A DNA stretch of 64,000 nucleotides from an uncultured Eubacteriales bacterium (GCA_902476355.1 CABSCS010000007.1:3503-67502), one strand, 5' to 3'. Positions 45,367 through 55,213 are shown, numbered from the stretch's first letter. Numbers and translations are program-made. The notes: generated by a model not told the origin, from the sequence alone.

Positions 45367-45870
45367 ATGAAAACATTAAATGTAAAAACTGGTGACACCG
45401 TTGTTGTTATTGCTGGTAAAGATGCTGGAAAGCAAGGTAAAGTTCTCAAAACTTTCCCAAGCAAAAACAGAATCATCGTAAGTGGCGTTAACATGATTTC
45501 ACGCCATCAAAAAGCAAGAAAGGCTCAAGAAAAGAGTGCAATCGTTAAAAAAGAAGGCACAATTGATGTTTCAAACGTTATGATCATTTGCCCTGTTTGC
45601 GGAAAAGCAACAAGAGTTAAACATTCAGTTCAAGACGGAAAGAGCATCAGAACATGCAAATGCGGTGCTGCCCTTGACAAGAAATTTGTAAAGGACGCTA
45701 AAAAGGCAAAGAAAGCCGAAAAAACAGAAGTTAAAGCTGAAAAGGCTAAAACTGAAAAAACAGAAGAAAAAGTTGCAAAGAAAACTGCAACTAAAAAAGT
45801 CGTAGCAACTGGCGCGGTTAAAGAAACAAAAGCAACAACCGCTGCAAGAAAATCTCAAAGAGGAGTGTAA
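45367..45870 (+). CDS. rplX: 50S ribosomal protein L24, Cys4 (zinc-ribbon) form with a ~60-aa Lys/Ala/Thr-rich C-terminal tail
   Basis: KOW motif (GDTVVVIAGKDAGKQGKV). CPVCG..x..CKCG, as in Thermus-type L24. Then ..KKAKKAEKTEVKAEKAKTEKTEEKVAKKTATKK.. 167 aa versus about 100-110 for typical L24. Confidence 0.9.
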   Translation: MKTLNVKTGDTVVVIAGKDAGKQGKVLKTFPSKNRIIVSGVNMISRHQKARKAQEKSAIVKKEGTIDVSNVMIICPVCGKATRVKHSVQDGKSIRTCKCGAALDKKFVKDAKKAKKAEKTEVKAEKAKTEKTEEKVAKKTATKKVVATGAVKETKATTAARKSQRGV

Positions 45871-45876
45871 TTGACA

Positions 45877-46419
45877 ATGGCAAACAGACTTAAAGAAAAA
45901 TATGTTAAAGAAGTTGTTCCTGCACTCGAAAAAGAGTACGGCTATAAAAACATCAACGAAGTTCCAAAACTTGAAAAAATCGTTCTTAACATGGGACTTG
46001 GTGATGTTAAAGACAACAGCAAAAGTTTCAACCTTGCAGTTGAAGAACTTGCTGCAATCGCTGGTCAAAAGCCAATCGTTACAACTGCAAAAAAATCTGT
46101 TGCTAACTTCAAAGTTAGACAAAACATGAAGATTGGTGCAAAAGTTACACTTCGTGGAACAAGAATGTATGAATTTATGGATAAATTCATGTCAATCGCT
46201 CTTCCAAGAGTTCGTGACTTTCGAGGACTTGATCCAAAAGCATTTGATGGCAGAGGAAACTATGCTTATGGTGTTCATGAGCAACTTATTTTCCCAGAAA
46301 TTGTCTATGATAAGATTGAAAAGATTCGTGGATTTGATGTTTGTTTCGTAACAAGCGCAAAAACCGATGATGAAGCAAGATCTTTACTTAAACTCATGGG
46401 CATGCCATTCAAGGCGTAA
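45877..46419 (+). CDS. rplE: 50S ribosomal protein L5
   Basis: ..RLKEKY...V.P.L.......N...[12 protein letters not shown]. The ATG at 45877 is preferred over the TTG at 45871. Confidence 0.95.
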   Translation: MANRLKEKYVKEVVPALEKEYGYKNINEVPKLEKIVLNMGLGDVKDNSKSFNLAVEELAAIAGQKPIVTTAKKSVANFKVRQNMKIGAKVTLRGTRMYEFMDKFMSIALPRVRDFRGLDPKAFDGRGNYAYGVHEQLIFPEIVYDKIEKIRGFDVCFVTSAKTDDEARSLLKLMGMPFKA

Positions 46420-46437
46420 GGGTAGAAGGAGAAAGAT

Positions 46438-46623
46438 ATGGCTAAAAAATCAATGATAAATAAACAACAAAAACCACAAAAATTCTCTACGCGTGAGTAC
46501 ACAAGATGCTCTATTTGCGGAAGACCACATGCCGTTCTCAGAAAGTATGGCATTTGCAGAATCTGTTTTAGAGAACTTGCATACAAAGGTCAAATTCCTG
46601 GCGTTAAGAAATCTAGTTGGTAG
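46438..46623 (+). CDS. rpsN: 30S ribosomal protein S14 type Z (zinc form)
   Basis: 61 aa. C..CGR...x..C.IC, then F.E.A..G.IPGV.K.SW. Confidence 0.95.
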   Translation: MAKKSMINKQQKPQKFSTREYTRCSICGRPHAVLRKYGICRICFRELAYKGQIPGVKKSSW

Positions 46624-46642
46624 GATAAGGAGGACAGACAAA

Positions 46643-47041
46643 ATGTTAATCACAGACCCTATTGCAGATATGCTTACAAGAATTAGAAACGCCCAAGTTA
46701 CTAAAAAAGAGAGCATTAGTTTTGAAACTTCACGCATGAAGAGAGATATTGCTCAAATCTTGCTCGATGAAGGATTTATTGCTTCTTTCGAAGAAGTTAA
46801 TGACGGAAAATTCACTAATCTTGTAATTAAATTTAAATATGGCCCAAAGGGAGAAAGAGTTATCACTGGTCTTAAAAGAATTTCTAAGCCTGGTCTTAGA
46901 ATCTATGCTGGTGCTGATGAACTTCCAAAGGTTCTTGGCGGACTTGGCATTGCCATTGTGTCAACATCAAAAGGTGTAATGACAGATAAAAATGCAAGAA
47001 ATCTTGGAATCGGTGGCGAAGTTCTCGCCTACATTTGGTAA
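46643..47041 (+). CDS. rpsH: 30S ribosomal protein S8
   Basis: [17 protein letters not shown] follows AAGGAGG. The ORF-track start at 46493 lies inside rpsN. Confidence 0.95.
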   Translation: MLITDPIADMLTRIRNAQVTKKESISFETSRMKRDIAQILLDEGFIASFEEVNDGKFTNLVIKFKYGPKGERVITGLKRISKPGLRIYAGADELPKVLGGLGIAIVSTSKGVMTDKNARNLGIGGEVLAYIW

Positions 47042-47056
47042 GGGGAGGAAACAAAT

Positions 47057-47611
47057 ATGAGTCGTATTGGTAGAGCCCCAATTGAACTTGTTCAAGGTGT
47101 TACTGTTGACGAAACTGTTGACGGAATCATTGTTGTAACAGGACCAAAGGGAACACTTCGTCGTCCAGTTGAAAACTGCGTTAAACTTGAACACACAGAA
47201 CACAACGGAAAACCTGCTGTTGTTCTTACAAGAAATGCAGAAACCAATGAAGTTCGTTCTAAACACGGACTTTACAGAGCACTTATCCATAACATGGTTA
47301 AAGGTGTTTCTGAGGGTTTCTCAAAAAGTTTGACATTCAACGGAATCGGTTATAAATGCGCAATTGCTGGAAACAAAATCACATTGAGCCTTGGACTTTC
47401 ACATCCAGTTTCAATTGAAATTCCAGAAGGACTTACAGTTACAAACCCAACAGCAAACGAAATTGTTGTTTCAGGAATTGATAACGAAAAAGTTGGTCAG
47501 TTCGCTGCTGACATCAAGGCTTTGAAACCAATTGAGCCTTATCATGGATATGGAATCCACTATACAAGTGATCCAGTTCATTTGAAAGAAATCAAGAAAG
47601 GTAAGAAATAA
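47057..47611 (+). CDS. rplF: 50S ribosomal protein L6
   Basis: [14 protein letters not shown]. Duplicated L6 domains. Confidence 0.95.
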   Translation: MSRIGRAPIELVQGVTVDETVDGIIVVTGPKGTLRRPVENCVKLEHTEHNGKPAVVLTRNAETNEVRSKHGLYRALIHNMVKGVSEGFSKSLTFNGIGYKCAIAGNKITLSLGLSHPVSIEIPEGLTVTNPTANEIVVSGIDNEKVGQFAADIKALKPIEPYHGYGIHYTSDPVHLKEIKKGKK

Positions 47612-47622
47612 GGAGAGGAAAG

Positions 47623-47991
47623 ATGTTTAAAAAGGTTGATAAAAATACAATTAGAAAAGCAAAACATGACCGTATTAGAAACACACTTGTTGGAACAAGT
47701 GAAAGACCTAGACTTAATGTTTATCGTTCTACAACTAACATTTATGCTCAAATCATTGATGACAGCACTGGCAAAACTCTTTGCTCTGCAAACTCTCTTG
47801 ATAAAGATTTAGCAAGCAAACTCGAAGGCAAGAACAAAAAAGAACAAGCATTTGTTGTTGGCGAGGCTGTTGCTAAAAAAGCATTGAAAGCAGGAATCAA
47901 AGAAGTTGTATTCGATCGTGGTGGATATATTTACACCGGACGTGTTGAACAAGTTGCCGAAGGCGCTAGATCAGCAGGTCTCGAGTTTTAG
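47623..47991 (+). CDS. rplR: 50S ribosomal protein L18
   Basis: ..RPRL.VYRS...IYAQ.IDD..G.TL..A.., ..[11 protein letters not shown]...A.GAR..GL.F. Confidence 0.95.
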   Translation: MFKKVDKNTIRKAKHDRIRNTLVGTSERPRLNVYRSTTNIYAQIIDDSTGKTLCSANSLDKDLASKLEGKNKKEQAFVVGEAVAKKALKAGIKEVVFDRGGYIYTGRVEQVAEGARSAGLEF

Positions 47992-47999
47992 GAGGAATT

Positions 48000-48620
48000 A
48001 TGGCAGAAGAAAACGTAACCATTGTTGAAGCAGTTGAAGCAGTTGAAAACACTGAAGCACCTGCACAAAAAACAAATGAGAGAAAATTTAATAGAAACCA
48101 AAAGGGTCCTAAAACAAGACGCGATAACAAACCAGAAAAAGTTAGCGATGGCATCGACAAAAAGATGGTAAACGTTAACAGAATTTCTAAAACTGTTAAA
48201 GGTGGACGTAAAATGCGTTTCAACGCTGTTGTTGTTGCTGGTGACAGAAACGGCAGAGTTGGTGTTGGAATGGGAAAAGCCACCGAAGTTACTCTTGCAA
48301 TTGAAAAAGCAAGCGTAGATGCTAAACGTCATATGGTTAAAATTGACATTAGCGGAACAACCATTCCACATGAAGTTGTTGGTGAGTTCGAAACTACAAA
48401 AGTTTTGCTCATGCCAGCAAGAGAAGGTAATGGTGTTATTGCCGGAGGTAAAGTTCGTGACGTTGTTGAACTTGCCGGCATTAAAGATATCACAACAAAA
48501 CTCTATGGTTCAAACAACCCAGTAAACTGCGTTAAAGCAACATTTGATGGACTTATGAAACTCAGAAGTGCTGAAAAAATTGCTGCTCTTCGTGGAAAAA
48601 CTATAGAGGAAATTAAATAG
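48000..48620 (+). CDS. rpsE: 30S ribosomal protein S5 (with a ~40-aa N-terminal extension)
   Basis: ..V.VNR..K.VKGGR...F.A.VV.GD.NG.VG.G.GKA.EV..AI.KA. Confidence 0.95.
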   Translation: MAEENVTIVEAVEAVENTEAPAQKTNERKFNRNQKGPKTRRDNKPEKVSDGIDKKMVNVNRISKTVKGGRKMRFNAVVVAGDRNGRVGVGMGKATEVTLAIEKASVDAKRHMVKIDISGTTIPHEVVGEFETTKVLLMPAREGNGVIAGGKVRDVVELAGIKDITTKLYGSNNPVNCVKATFDGLMKLRSAEKIAALRGKTIEEIK

Positions 48621-48915
48621 GAGGACAAATTCAAGGGCAGAAACAAAAACAACAAAGAAAACTGAAACTGCTGCAAAAGCAGAACCAAAGAAAGTTGCTC
48701 CTAAAACAAGCACAGCAAAAACAGCAAAAACAGCAAAAACAACTGCTCCAAAGGCTGCTGCAAAAACTGAAAAAACTACAACTGCAAAAAAGACTGCAAC
48801 TAAAAAAGCTCCTGTAAAAACAGCAGAAGTTAAAGTTGAAGAAAAAGTTGAAGTTAAAGTTGCCGAAGCAAAAGAACCTGCTAAAAAAGCGCCTGCTAAA
48901 AAAGCAAACGTTCCA
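48607..48915 (+). other. stop-free, start-less Lys/Ala/Thr/Pro-rich coding-like tract in the rpmD frame
   Basis: 103 in-frame sense codons run between the TAG at 48604 and the rpmD ATG. None is ATG, GTG, TTG, CTG, ATT, ATC or ATA. A strong AGGAGG (48619-24) sits at its 5' end, and rpmD's own ATG has no SD. Confidence 0.6.
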
Positions 48916-49098
48916 ATGCTCAAAATCAAACTTGTAAAAAGTGCAAGTGGAAGACTTGAAAAACAACAAAGAACTCTTGTTGCTCTTGGTCTTCATAAAA
49001 TTGGTAGCGAATCAGTTAAACCAGATAACGCTCAAACAAGAGGAATGATTTTCGTTGTAAAACATCTCGTTACTGTTGAAAGCGTAAAGGAGAACTAA
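48916..49098 (+). CDS. rpmD: 50S ribosomal protein L30 (minimal form from the first ATG)
   Basis: [13 protein letters not shown]...Q..TL.ALGL.K......V.D....RGMI..V.HLV.V. Confidence 0.85.
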   Translation: MLKIKLVKSASGRLEKQQRTLVALGLHKIGSESVKPDNAQTRGMIFVVKHLVTVESVKEN

Positions 49099-49099
49099 T

Positions 49100-49543
49100 A
49101 TGAAATTACACGAAATGTCTCCTGCTCCTAACTCTGTAAAGTCAACAAAAAGACTTGGAAGAGGAATTGGCTCAGGTACTGGTAAAACCAGTGGTAAAGG
49201 TCACAAAGGACAAAACGCAAGAAGCGGTGGTGGAGTTAGACCTGGATTTGAAGGTGGACAAATGCCTCTTATCCGTCAACTTCCAAAACGCGGATTCACA
49301 AACAATTTCAGAAAGGTTTACACAACAATCAATGTTGGAGACCTTGAAAGATTTGAACCTAACACTGTTGTAACTGCTGAAATGCTCAAAGCAAAAGGTG
49401 TAATTGCTAAAATCGAACCTTATGGACTTAAAGTTCTTGGCAATGGCACACTTACAAAAGCATTGACAGTTAAAGCAGAAAAATTTACCCCAAGTGCTGT
49501 TGAAAAAATCAACAAGGCTGGCGGTACAGTTGAGGTGAAATAA
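49100..49543 (+). CDS. rplO: 50S ribosomal protein L15
   Basis: MKLHEL-type N-terminus, then ..GRG.GSG.GKTSG.GHKGQ.ARSG.. Confidence 0.95.
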   Translation: MKLHEMSPAPNSVKSTKRLGRGIGSGTGKTSGKGHKGQNARSGGGVRPGFEGGQMPLIRQLPKRGFTNNFRKVYTTINVGDLERFEPNTVVTAEMLKAKGVIAKIEPYGLKVLGNGTLTKALTVKAEKFTPSAVEKINKAGGTVEVK

Positions 49544-50850
49544 TGTTTAAAACACTAGGAAGCGCTTTTAAGAACAAGGAATTACGCAAGGCCATTTTAA
49601 TGACATTGTTGTTTCTTCTCATCTATCGTTTGGGTTGCTATCTTCCTGTTCCAGGGCTTAAAGCATCAGTATATGCCGATGCTGTTTCAAATGAAAACGG
49701 AATGGGAATTCTCAGTTTGCTTAATGCAGTAACTGGTAGCGCTCTTTCAAATGGTGCGTTCTTTGCCCTTGGTGTTACGCCTTATATCAACGCCTCAATT
49801 ATCGTGCAACTTTTGACATTTGGTATTCCTGCTCTTGAAAGACTCAGCAAGCAAGGTGATGATGGAAAACAAAAAATCAACCTCATCACAAAAATTGTTG
49901 CTCTTGTCCTTGCAATTGCACAGGGTGTTGGTATTGTTTTAGGCTATAAAGATTCTATCGCTCCAATTTTTGGCGAGAATCTTATGTGGCTCACATATAT
50001 TTTCGTTATCGTTACTCTCATTGCAGGTGCTTCACTTACAATGTGGATTGGCGACAGAATCACTGAACAAGGTGTAGGCAATGGTTTGTCTCTTATCATC
50101 TTTGTTGGTATCATTTCAACTGCTGGACTTTCACTTGTAAATACAATTGGAAATATCTTTAATGGTGTAACAAGTGCTATTTGGGAACTTATTGGTTTCC
50201 TTGCAATGGTATTTGTAGTTTTTGCTCTTATCGTATTCTTCGATTTGGCTGAACGTAAGATCCCTGTTCAATATGCAAAACAAGTGAAAGGAAGAAAAAT
50301 GTATGGTGGTCAATCAACATACATTCCTTTGAAGGTGAACGCCAATGGTGTTATGCCGATCATCTTCGCAACAGCAATCATCACTTTCCCAAACATCATC
50401 ATGCAACTTTGCGGTGTTACAAGCCAAAGCAGCGGCTTTGCAAAGTTCTATTATGAATATGTTGGTGCCGGTGGTATTGTATACAGCATTTTGGTTGGTC
50501 TTTTGATTTTGTTCTTCGCATATTTCTATGCACAAATTCAATTCAACCCAACTGATGTAAGTTTGAACATTCAACAACAAGGTGGATTCATTCCAGGAAT
50601 CCGTCCAGGAAAACCTACAACTGAATACCTATCAAGGGTTTCAAAAAGAATCACATTGTTTGGAGCAATTTTCCTTGCATTCATTGCAATTGTTCCATCA
50701 ATCGTATTTAGATATGTTGCTGGTGGTTCGCTTGGTCTTATCAACGCGTTTACTGCAACAGGAATGCTTATCGTTGTTAGTGTAGCAATTGAGTTTAACA
50801 CTCAACTTGAAGCACAACTTATGGCGAAAAGACATAAAAACATTTTATAA
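49543..50850 (+). CDS. secY: preprotein translocase subunit SecY
   Basis: 435 aa with about 10 TM helices. ..ALGV.PYI.ASII.QLL.., conserved operon position. Confidence 0.95.
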   Translation: MFKTLGSAFKNKELRKAILMTLLFLLIYRLGCYLPVPGLKASVYADAVSNENGMGILSLLNAVTGSALSNGAFFALGVTPYINASIIVQLLTFGIPALERLSKQGDDGKQKINLITKIVALVLAIAQGVGIVLGYKDSIAPIFGENLMWLTYIFVIVTLIAGASLTMWIGDRITEQGVGNGLSLIIFVGIISTAGLSLVNTIGNIFNGVTSAIWELIGFLAMVFVVFALIVFFDLAERKIPVQYAKQVKGRKMYGGQSTYIPLKVNANGVMPIIFATAIITFPNIIMQLCGVTSQSSGFAKFYYEYVGAGGIVYSILVGLLILFFAYFYAQIQFNPTDVSLNIQQQGGFIPGIRPGKPTTEYLSRVSKRITLFGAIFLAFIAIVPSIVFRYVAGGSLGLINAFTATGMLIVVSVAIEFNTQLEAQLMAKRHKNIL

Positions 50851-50853
50851 TTA

Positions 50854-50903
50854 GTTTTCAGTTTTGCCCAAGGCTTTTGCTTTGGGCAAGGAAAAACTGA
50901 AAC
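50854..50903 (+). promoter_or_regulatory. long imperfect hairpin between secY and adk
   Basis: gttttcagttTTGCCCAA-ggcttttgct-TTGGGCAAggaaaaactgaaac. No T-run follows, so it is not a classical terminator. Confidence 0.5.
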
Positions 50904-50917
50904 GAAAGGGGATATAC

Positions 50918-51532
50918 ATGAAACTTGTATTACTAGGTGCACCAGGTGCTGGAAAAGGCACTTTGGCAAATGGTCTTATAAAAGAACTTAACATTCCAAC
51001 AATATCAACCGGAGATTTACTCAGAAATGAAGTGAAGTCTGGAAGCGAACTTGGATACAAAGTGAAAGACATAATGACAAGCGGAAAACTTGTTCCAACC
51101 GAAGTTGTAATTGAACTTCTTCAAAACCGTTTAGCACAAAGTGATACAAAAAATGGATTTATCCTTGATGGTTTCCCAAGATCAATTGAACAAGCAAAAT
51201 TGCTTGAAGAGATTGCAGACATTGATAAATGTTTAAATCTTGTTATTGATAAACAAGTTATTCTTGACAGAATTTGTGGAAGAAGAACTTGCAAGACTTG
51301 TGGAAATATCTATAACACAAACAACTATGATAATGAGATGTGTGAATGTGGTGGCGAATTGTTGGCTCGTGAAGACGACAATCCAGAAACTGTTGCAAAG
51401 CGTTTCGACACATTTGTAACAAACACTGCTCCACTTATCGACTATTATAGAAATAAAGGCATTTTGGTTGATGTCATCTGCCAAGATAAAGCAGAAGACA
51501 CATTGAAAAATGCATTGGAGATCTTAAAATAA
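50918..51532 (+). CDS. adk: adenylate kinase (zinc-lid form)
   Basis: MKLVLLGAPGAGKGT... Lid: CGRRTCKTCG..x..CECGG. The ATG at 50918 follows aaagggga. Confidence 0.95.
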   Translation: MKLVLLGAPGAGKGTLANGLIKELNIPTISTGDLLRNEVKSGSELGYKVKDIMTSGKLVPTEVVIELLQNRLAQSDTKNGFILDGFPRSIEQAKLLEEIADIDKCLNLVIDKQVILDRICGRRTCKTCGNIYNTNNYDNEMCECGGELLAREDDNPETVAKRFDTFVTNTAPLIDYYRNKGILVDVICQDKAEDTLKNALEILK

Positions 51533-51533
51533 T

Positions 51534-52280
51534 ATGATGACACAAGTTAAGACTCCCGAGCAAATTGAAAAGATGCGCGAAGCGGGAAGAATTGTTGGAG
51601 AAGTGCTCAACCTTTTGGAAAAGCACATTAAACCAGGAATTTCCACTCTTGAACTTGACAAAATTGCTCACGATTATATAATAAGTAGAGGTGCAAGACC
51701 ATCGTTTTTGCACTATGACGGATTTCCTGGTTCAATCTGTGCATCAATTGATGATGTTGTTGTTCACGGAATTCCAAAAAAAGACCTTGTTTTGAAAGAA
51801 GGTCAAATTGTAGGCATTGATGTTGGGGCGGTTAAAGACGGCTTCCACGGAGATGCAGCACGAACTTTTCTTGTTGGAGAAGTAAGTGAAGAAAAAAAGA
51901 AACTAGTAGAAGTAACTAAACAATGCTTCTTTGAGGCAATAAAAGGCCTTAAAGACGGAAGCAGACTTGGTGACATTGGTGCTCGTGCTCAGCGCTGTGC
52001 TGAGAAACATGGTTATGGTGTTGTCCGCGAAATGGTTGGACATGGCATCGGAACCCACATGCATGAAGACCCAGGCATTCCAAACTATGGAACCGAGGGA
52101 ACAGGCATGAAAATCAAAGCGGGTATGACTCTTGCGATAGAACCAATGATCAATATGGGCTCTTACCAAATAAAAATCAATGGATGGGATGTCCGAACAA
52201 AAGATGGTCTGCCAAGTGCTCACTATGAGAACACCGTCTTGATTACCTCAGATTCAGTTGAAATTTTAACACTAATTTAA
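51534..52280 (+). CDS. map: type I methionyl aminopeptidase
   Basis: ..HG.P......L..G.IV.IDVG....G..GD.A.TF.VG.., ..GHGIG...HE.P. Confidence 0.95.
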   Translation: MMTQVKTPEQIEKMREAGRIVGEVLNLLEKHIKPGISTLELDKIAHDYIISRGARPSFLHYDGFPGSICASIDDVVVHGIPKKDLVLKEGQIVGIDVGAVKDGFHGDAARTFLVGEVSEEKKKLVEVTKQCFFEAIKGLKDGSRLGDIGARAQRCAEKHGYGVVREMVGHGIGTHMHEDPGIPNYGTEGTGMKIKAGMTLAIEPMINMGSYQIKINGWDVRTKDGLPSAHYENTVLITSDSVEILTLI

Positions 52281-52294
52281 AAGGAGACAATATT

Positions 52295-52513
52295 TTGAGT
52301 AAAGATGATGTTATTGTAACCGAAGGAACAGTTGTCGAGGCAATGCCTGGTGCAACTTTCAAGGTTCAAATTGCTGGTGGTCATATTGTTACAGCATATC
52401 TTTCAGGAAAACTTTGGAAAAACTTTATTCATATCTATGAAGGTGACACTGTAAAACTTGAAATGAGTCCATATGATTTGAGCAAAGGCAGAATTATTTG
52501 GAGAAATAAGTAA
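52295..52513 (+). CDS. infA: translation initiation factor IF-1
   Basis: TTG start. ..KDDVI...G.V.E.....F.V....GH...A..SGK......I..GD.V..E.SPYDL..GRI..R. Confidence 0.9.
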   Translation: MSKDDVIVTEGTVVEAMPGATFKVQIAGGHIVTAYLSGKLWKNFIHIYEGDTVKLEMSPYDLSKGRIIWRNK

Positions 52514-52538
52514 AACATACTTTAAGGAGATAAAAATT

Positions 52539-52652
52539 ATGAAGGTTAGATCAAGTGTAAAGCCTATGTGCGAAAACTGCAAAGTTATTAAGCGTGAAGG
52601 CAAAGTAAGAGTTATCTGCAAAAACCCTAAACACAAACAAGTTCAGGGCTAA
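52539..52652 (+). CDS. rpmJ: 50S ribosomal protein L36
   Basis: Not in the ORF track (37 aa). [37 protein letters not shown], with RBS aaggaga. Confidence 0.95.
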   Translation: MKVRSSVKPMCENCKVIKREGKVRVICKNPKHKQVQG

Positions 52653-52689
52653 TTAACTTTGAAAATAATCACAAATAAGGCGGCATAGG

Positions 52690-52719
52690 GTGACAAACCC
52701 TACTTATGTGTGTTATTAT
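52690..52719 (+). promoter_or_regulatory. candidate promoter of the alpha operon
   Basis: GTGACA-18 nt-TATTAT, preceded by GTGTGT as at the rpmG promoter. Hairpin tagggt-gacaa-acccta overlaps the -35. Confidence 0.4.
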
Positions 52720-52815
52720 ATATTTATAAGTTTGAATTTATCACTTATTCAAACAAAAAATTTTTAAAAAATCTATAAAAAAATAAAATTTACAAATTAT
52801 CTTTGGAGGATAAAG

Positions 52816-53181
52816 ATGGCACGTATTGCTGGTGTGGATTTACCAAATGAGAAAAGAGTTGAAATCGGTCTTACATATATCTATGGTGTTGGAAGAGTAA
52901 CCGCTAACAAAATTTTGGAAGCAACAAAAATCAATCCTGACACAAGAGTTAAAGACTTGACAGAAAACGACATTGGTAAAATTCGTGAATATATGGATAA
53001 AAATTTGAGTGTTGAAGGCGACAAGAAAAGAGAAGTTGCAATGGACATTAAAGCACTCATGGAAATCGGTTCTTACCGTGGTGTAAGACACAGAAAAGGT
53101 CTCCCTGTAAGAGGACAATCAACTCGTTCTAATGCAAGAACAAGAAAAGGTCCAAGAAACGGTGGAGCAAAGAAGAAATAA
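52816..53181 (+). CDS. rpsM: 30S ribosomal protein S13
   Basis: [21 protein letters not shown]. Confidence 0.95.
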   Translation: MARIAGVDLPNEKRVEIGLTYIYGVGRVTANKILEATKINPDTRVKDLTENDIGKIREYMDKNLSVEGDKKREVAMDIKALMEIGSYRGVRHRKGLPVRGQSTRSNARTRKGPRNGGAKKK

Positions 53182-53197
53182 AGGAGGAAGATGAAAA

Positions 53198-53593
53198 ATG
53201 GCACAAGCAACTAAAAAATCAACTAAAAAACGTAAAATTACCACAAATGTTGATAAGGGCATTGTTCATATTCAAGCTTCTTTCAACAACACAATTGTAA
53301 CAATTACTGACACACAAGGAAATGCTCTTGCATCATGCAGTGCTGGTGAACTTGGATATAAAGGAAGCCGTAAAAGCACTCCATTTGCTGCCGGTCAAGC
53401 AGCGGAAAGAGCGGCTAAAAAAGCAAAAGATTTCGGACTTAAATCAGTTGAAGTATATGTTAAAGGTCCTGGAAACGGAAGAGAATCAGCAATTCGTTCT
53501 CTTGCAACCGCAGATCTTGAAGTAACACTTATTCGTGATGTATCACCAATACCTCACAATGGTTGTCGTCCACCAAAACAAAGAAGAATGTAG
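53198..53593 (+). CDS. rpsK: 30S ribosomal protein S11
   Basis: ..[17 protein letters not shown]......[13 protein letters not shown]. Confidence 0.95.
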   Translation: MAQATKKSTKKRKITTNVDKGIVHIQASFNNTIVTITDTQGNALASCSAGELGYKGSRKSTPFAAGQAAERAAKKAKDFGLKSVEVYVKGPGNGRESAIRSLATADLEVTLIRDVSPIPHNGCRPPKQRRM

Positions 53594-53603
53594 GAGTAGT
53601 GAA

Positions 53604-54227
53604 ATGGCAAAATATACTGATGCAGATTGCCGTCTTTGCAGACGCGAGGGCGCAAAATTATTTTTGAAAGGTGACAGATGCCTTTCTAAAAAATGTGCAA
53701 TGGAAAGAAGACCAAGCGTTCCTGGTCAACATCCAAACACAAGAAGAAAACCTTCTGAGTATCAAACACAACTTAGAGAAAAACAAAAAGTTAAAAGAGC
53801 ATATGGTCCTTTGACAGAAAAGCAATTTCATGCTTACTATGTAGAGGCTGAAAGAATGAAAGGTAAAACTGGTGAAAACATGTTGAGTTTGCTCGAAAGA
53901 AGACTTGACAACGTTGTTTACAGAATGGGACTTGCTTCAAGCCGTCATGCTGCAAGACAACTTGTTAACCACGGACACATTTGTGTAAATGGTAAAAGAG
54001 TTAACATTCCATCATATCAAGTAAAGGTTAATGATGAAATTTCTGTAAAAGAAAACAAAACAAAGAAGGCTCCATTTGTTGAAGTTAGACAGTCAAGAGT
54101 TGTATTGCCAAAATGGCTTGAATTCAACACTGAAAAACTTTCTGGAAAAGTTCTTGCACTTCCTGCAAGAGATGATATTGATCTTAATATCGAAGAGCAC
54201 TTAATTGTCGAACTTTATTCTAAATAA
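53604..54227 (+). CDS. rpsD: 30S ribosomal protein S4
   Basis: [25 protein letters not shown]. The ORF-track start at 53535 lies inside rpsK. Confidence 0.95.
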   Translation: MAKYTDADCRLCRREGAKLFLKGDRCLSKKCAMERRPSVPGQHPNTRRKPSEYQTQLREKQKVKRAYGPLTEKQFHAYYVEAERMKGKTGENMLSLLERRLDNVVYRMGLASSRHAARQLVNHGHICVNGKRVNIPSYQVKVNDEISVKENKTKKAPFVEVRQSRVVLPKWLEFNTEKLSGKVLALPARDDIDLNIEEHLIVELYSK

Positions 54228-54248
54228 TAACATATAGGAGGCTAAAAT

Positions 54249-55202
54249 ATGTTAGAAATCGAAAGACCTAGAATTGAATGTATTGAAGAAGAGGACAACG
54301 CAACTTCTAAGTTCGTTTTGGAACCTCTTGAACGTGGTTTTGGTGTTACAATCGGAAACGCTCTTAGAAGAGTGCTTCTTTCAAACCTTCCAGGTGCAGC
54401 CGTAACCAACATTAAAATTGAAGGCGTTTCTCATGAATTCACAACTCTTAAAGGTTGCAAAGAAGATGTAACTGAAATTGTTTTGAACATGAAAGGTCTT
54501 GCTGTTAAAACTGCAAGCAATGAAAATGGCTTTAAGAAAGTTTTACATCTTAAAAAGAAAGGTCCAGCAGTTGTAACTGCTGCCGACATTGAAGCAGATG
54601 ACGAAGTTAAAGTTTTGAATCCTTCTTTGTACATTTGCACTCTTGAAACAGATGGTGTTTTAGACATGGAAATTCTTGTTGGTCGTGGCAGAGGCTATGT
54701 TCCAGCAGAAGGAAACAAAGATGTTTCTCTTCCTCTTGGCTATATTGCAATTGACAGCATTTTCACACCTGTTCGTCGTGCAAGTTACGAGGTTGAAGAC
54801 ACTCGTGTTGGTCAAAGCACAGACTATGACAAACTTGTTTTGGAAGTTACAACAAATGGCACAGTTTCTGGAAAAGAAGTTGTAAGCCTTGCTGCAAAAC
54901 TTCTTGGTGAACACATCAACTTGTTTGTTGAACTTGTAGAGTCAATGGCAAACACATCAATTCTTGTAAGTCGTGAAGAAGATAAAGTTCACAAACTTAT
55001 GATCATGAGCATTGAAGATATGGATCTCTCAGTTCGTTCATATAACTGCTTGAAGAGAGCAGGAATCAACACTGTTGAAGACCTTATCCATAAGACTGAA
55101 GATGATATGCTCAAAGTGAAGAACCTTGGTCGCAAGTCTCTTGATGAGGTTATTCATAAACTTGAAAGTCTTGGTTTAAGTCTTAAAACCAAAGAAGAAT
55201 AA
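54249..55202 (+). CDS. rpoA: DNA-directed RNA polymerase subunit alpha
   Basis: ..F.LEPLERGFG.T.GNALRR.LLS...G.A. C-terminal domain ..LSVRS.NCLK.A.I.TV..L. Confidence 0.95.
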   Translation: MLEIERPRIECIEEEDNATSKFVLEPLERGFGVTIGNALRRVLLSNLPGAAVTNIKIEGVSHEFTTLKGCKEDVTEIVLNMKGLAVKTASNENGFKKVLHLKKKGPAVVTAADIEADDEVKVLNPSLYICTLETDGVLDMEILVGRGRGYVPAEGNKDVSLPLGYIAIDSIFTPVRRASYEVEDTRVGQSTDYDKLVLEVTTNGTVSGKEVVSLAAKLLGEHINLFVELVESMANTSILVSREEDKVHKLMIMSIEDMDLSVRSYNCLKRAGINTVEDLIHKTEDDMLKVKNLGRKSLDEVIHKLESLGLSLKTKEE

Positions 55203-55213
55203 GGAGAACTATA

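Noticed and set aside
48618-48620. Idea that TAG is reassigned or read through, so that S5 continues into the Lys/Ala tract
   Set aside because: The tract is in a different frame from rpsE. TAG also terminates many genes here immediately before the next gene's RBS (rplK, rplB, rplV, rplN, rplR, rpsN, rpsK). A code change is therefore not supported.
48510-48996. Minus-strand ORFs 48510..48929 (139 aa) and 48631..48996 (121 aa) across the rpsE-rpmD insert
   Set aside because: These are mirror-image products of a Lys/Ala-coding low-complexity tract (F/A/C/S-rich nonsense). They have no RBS and overlap rpmD. The same applies to the minus-strand ORFs inside 30976..34572 (for example 32716..33134 and 33604..34449) and inside rplX/rplE (45625..46122).
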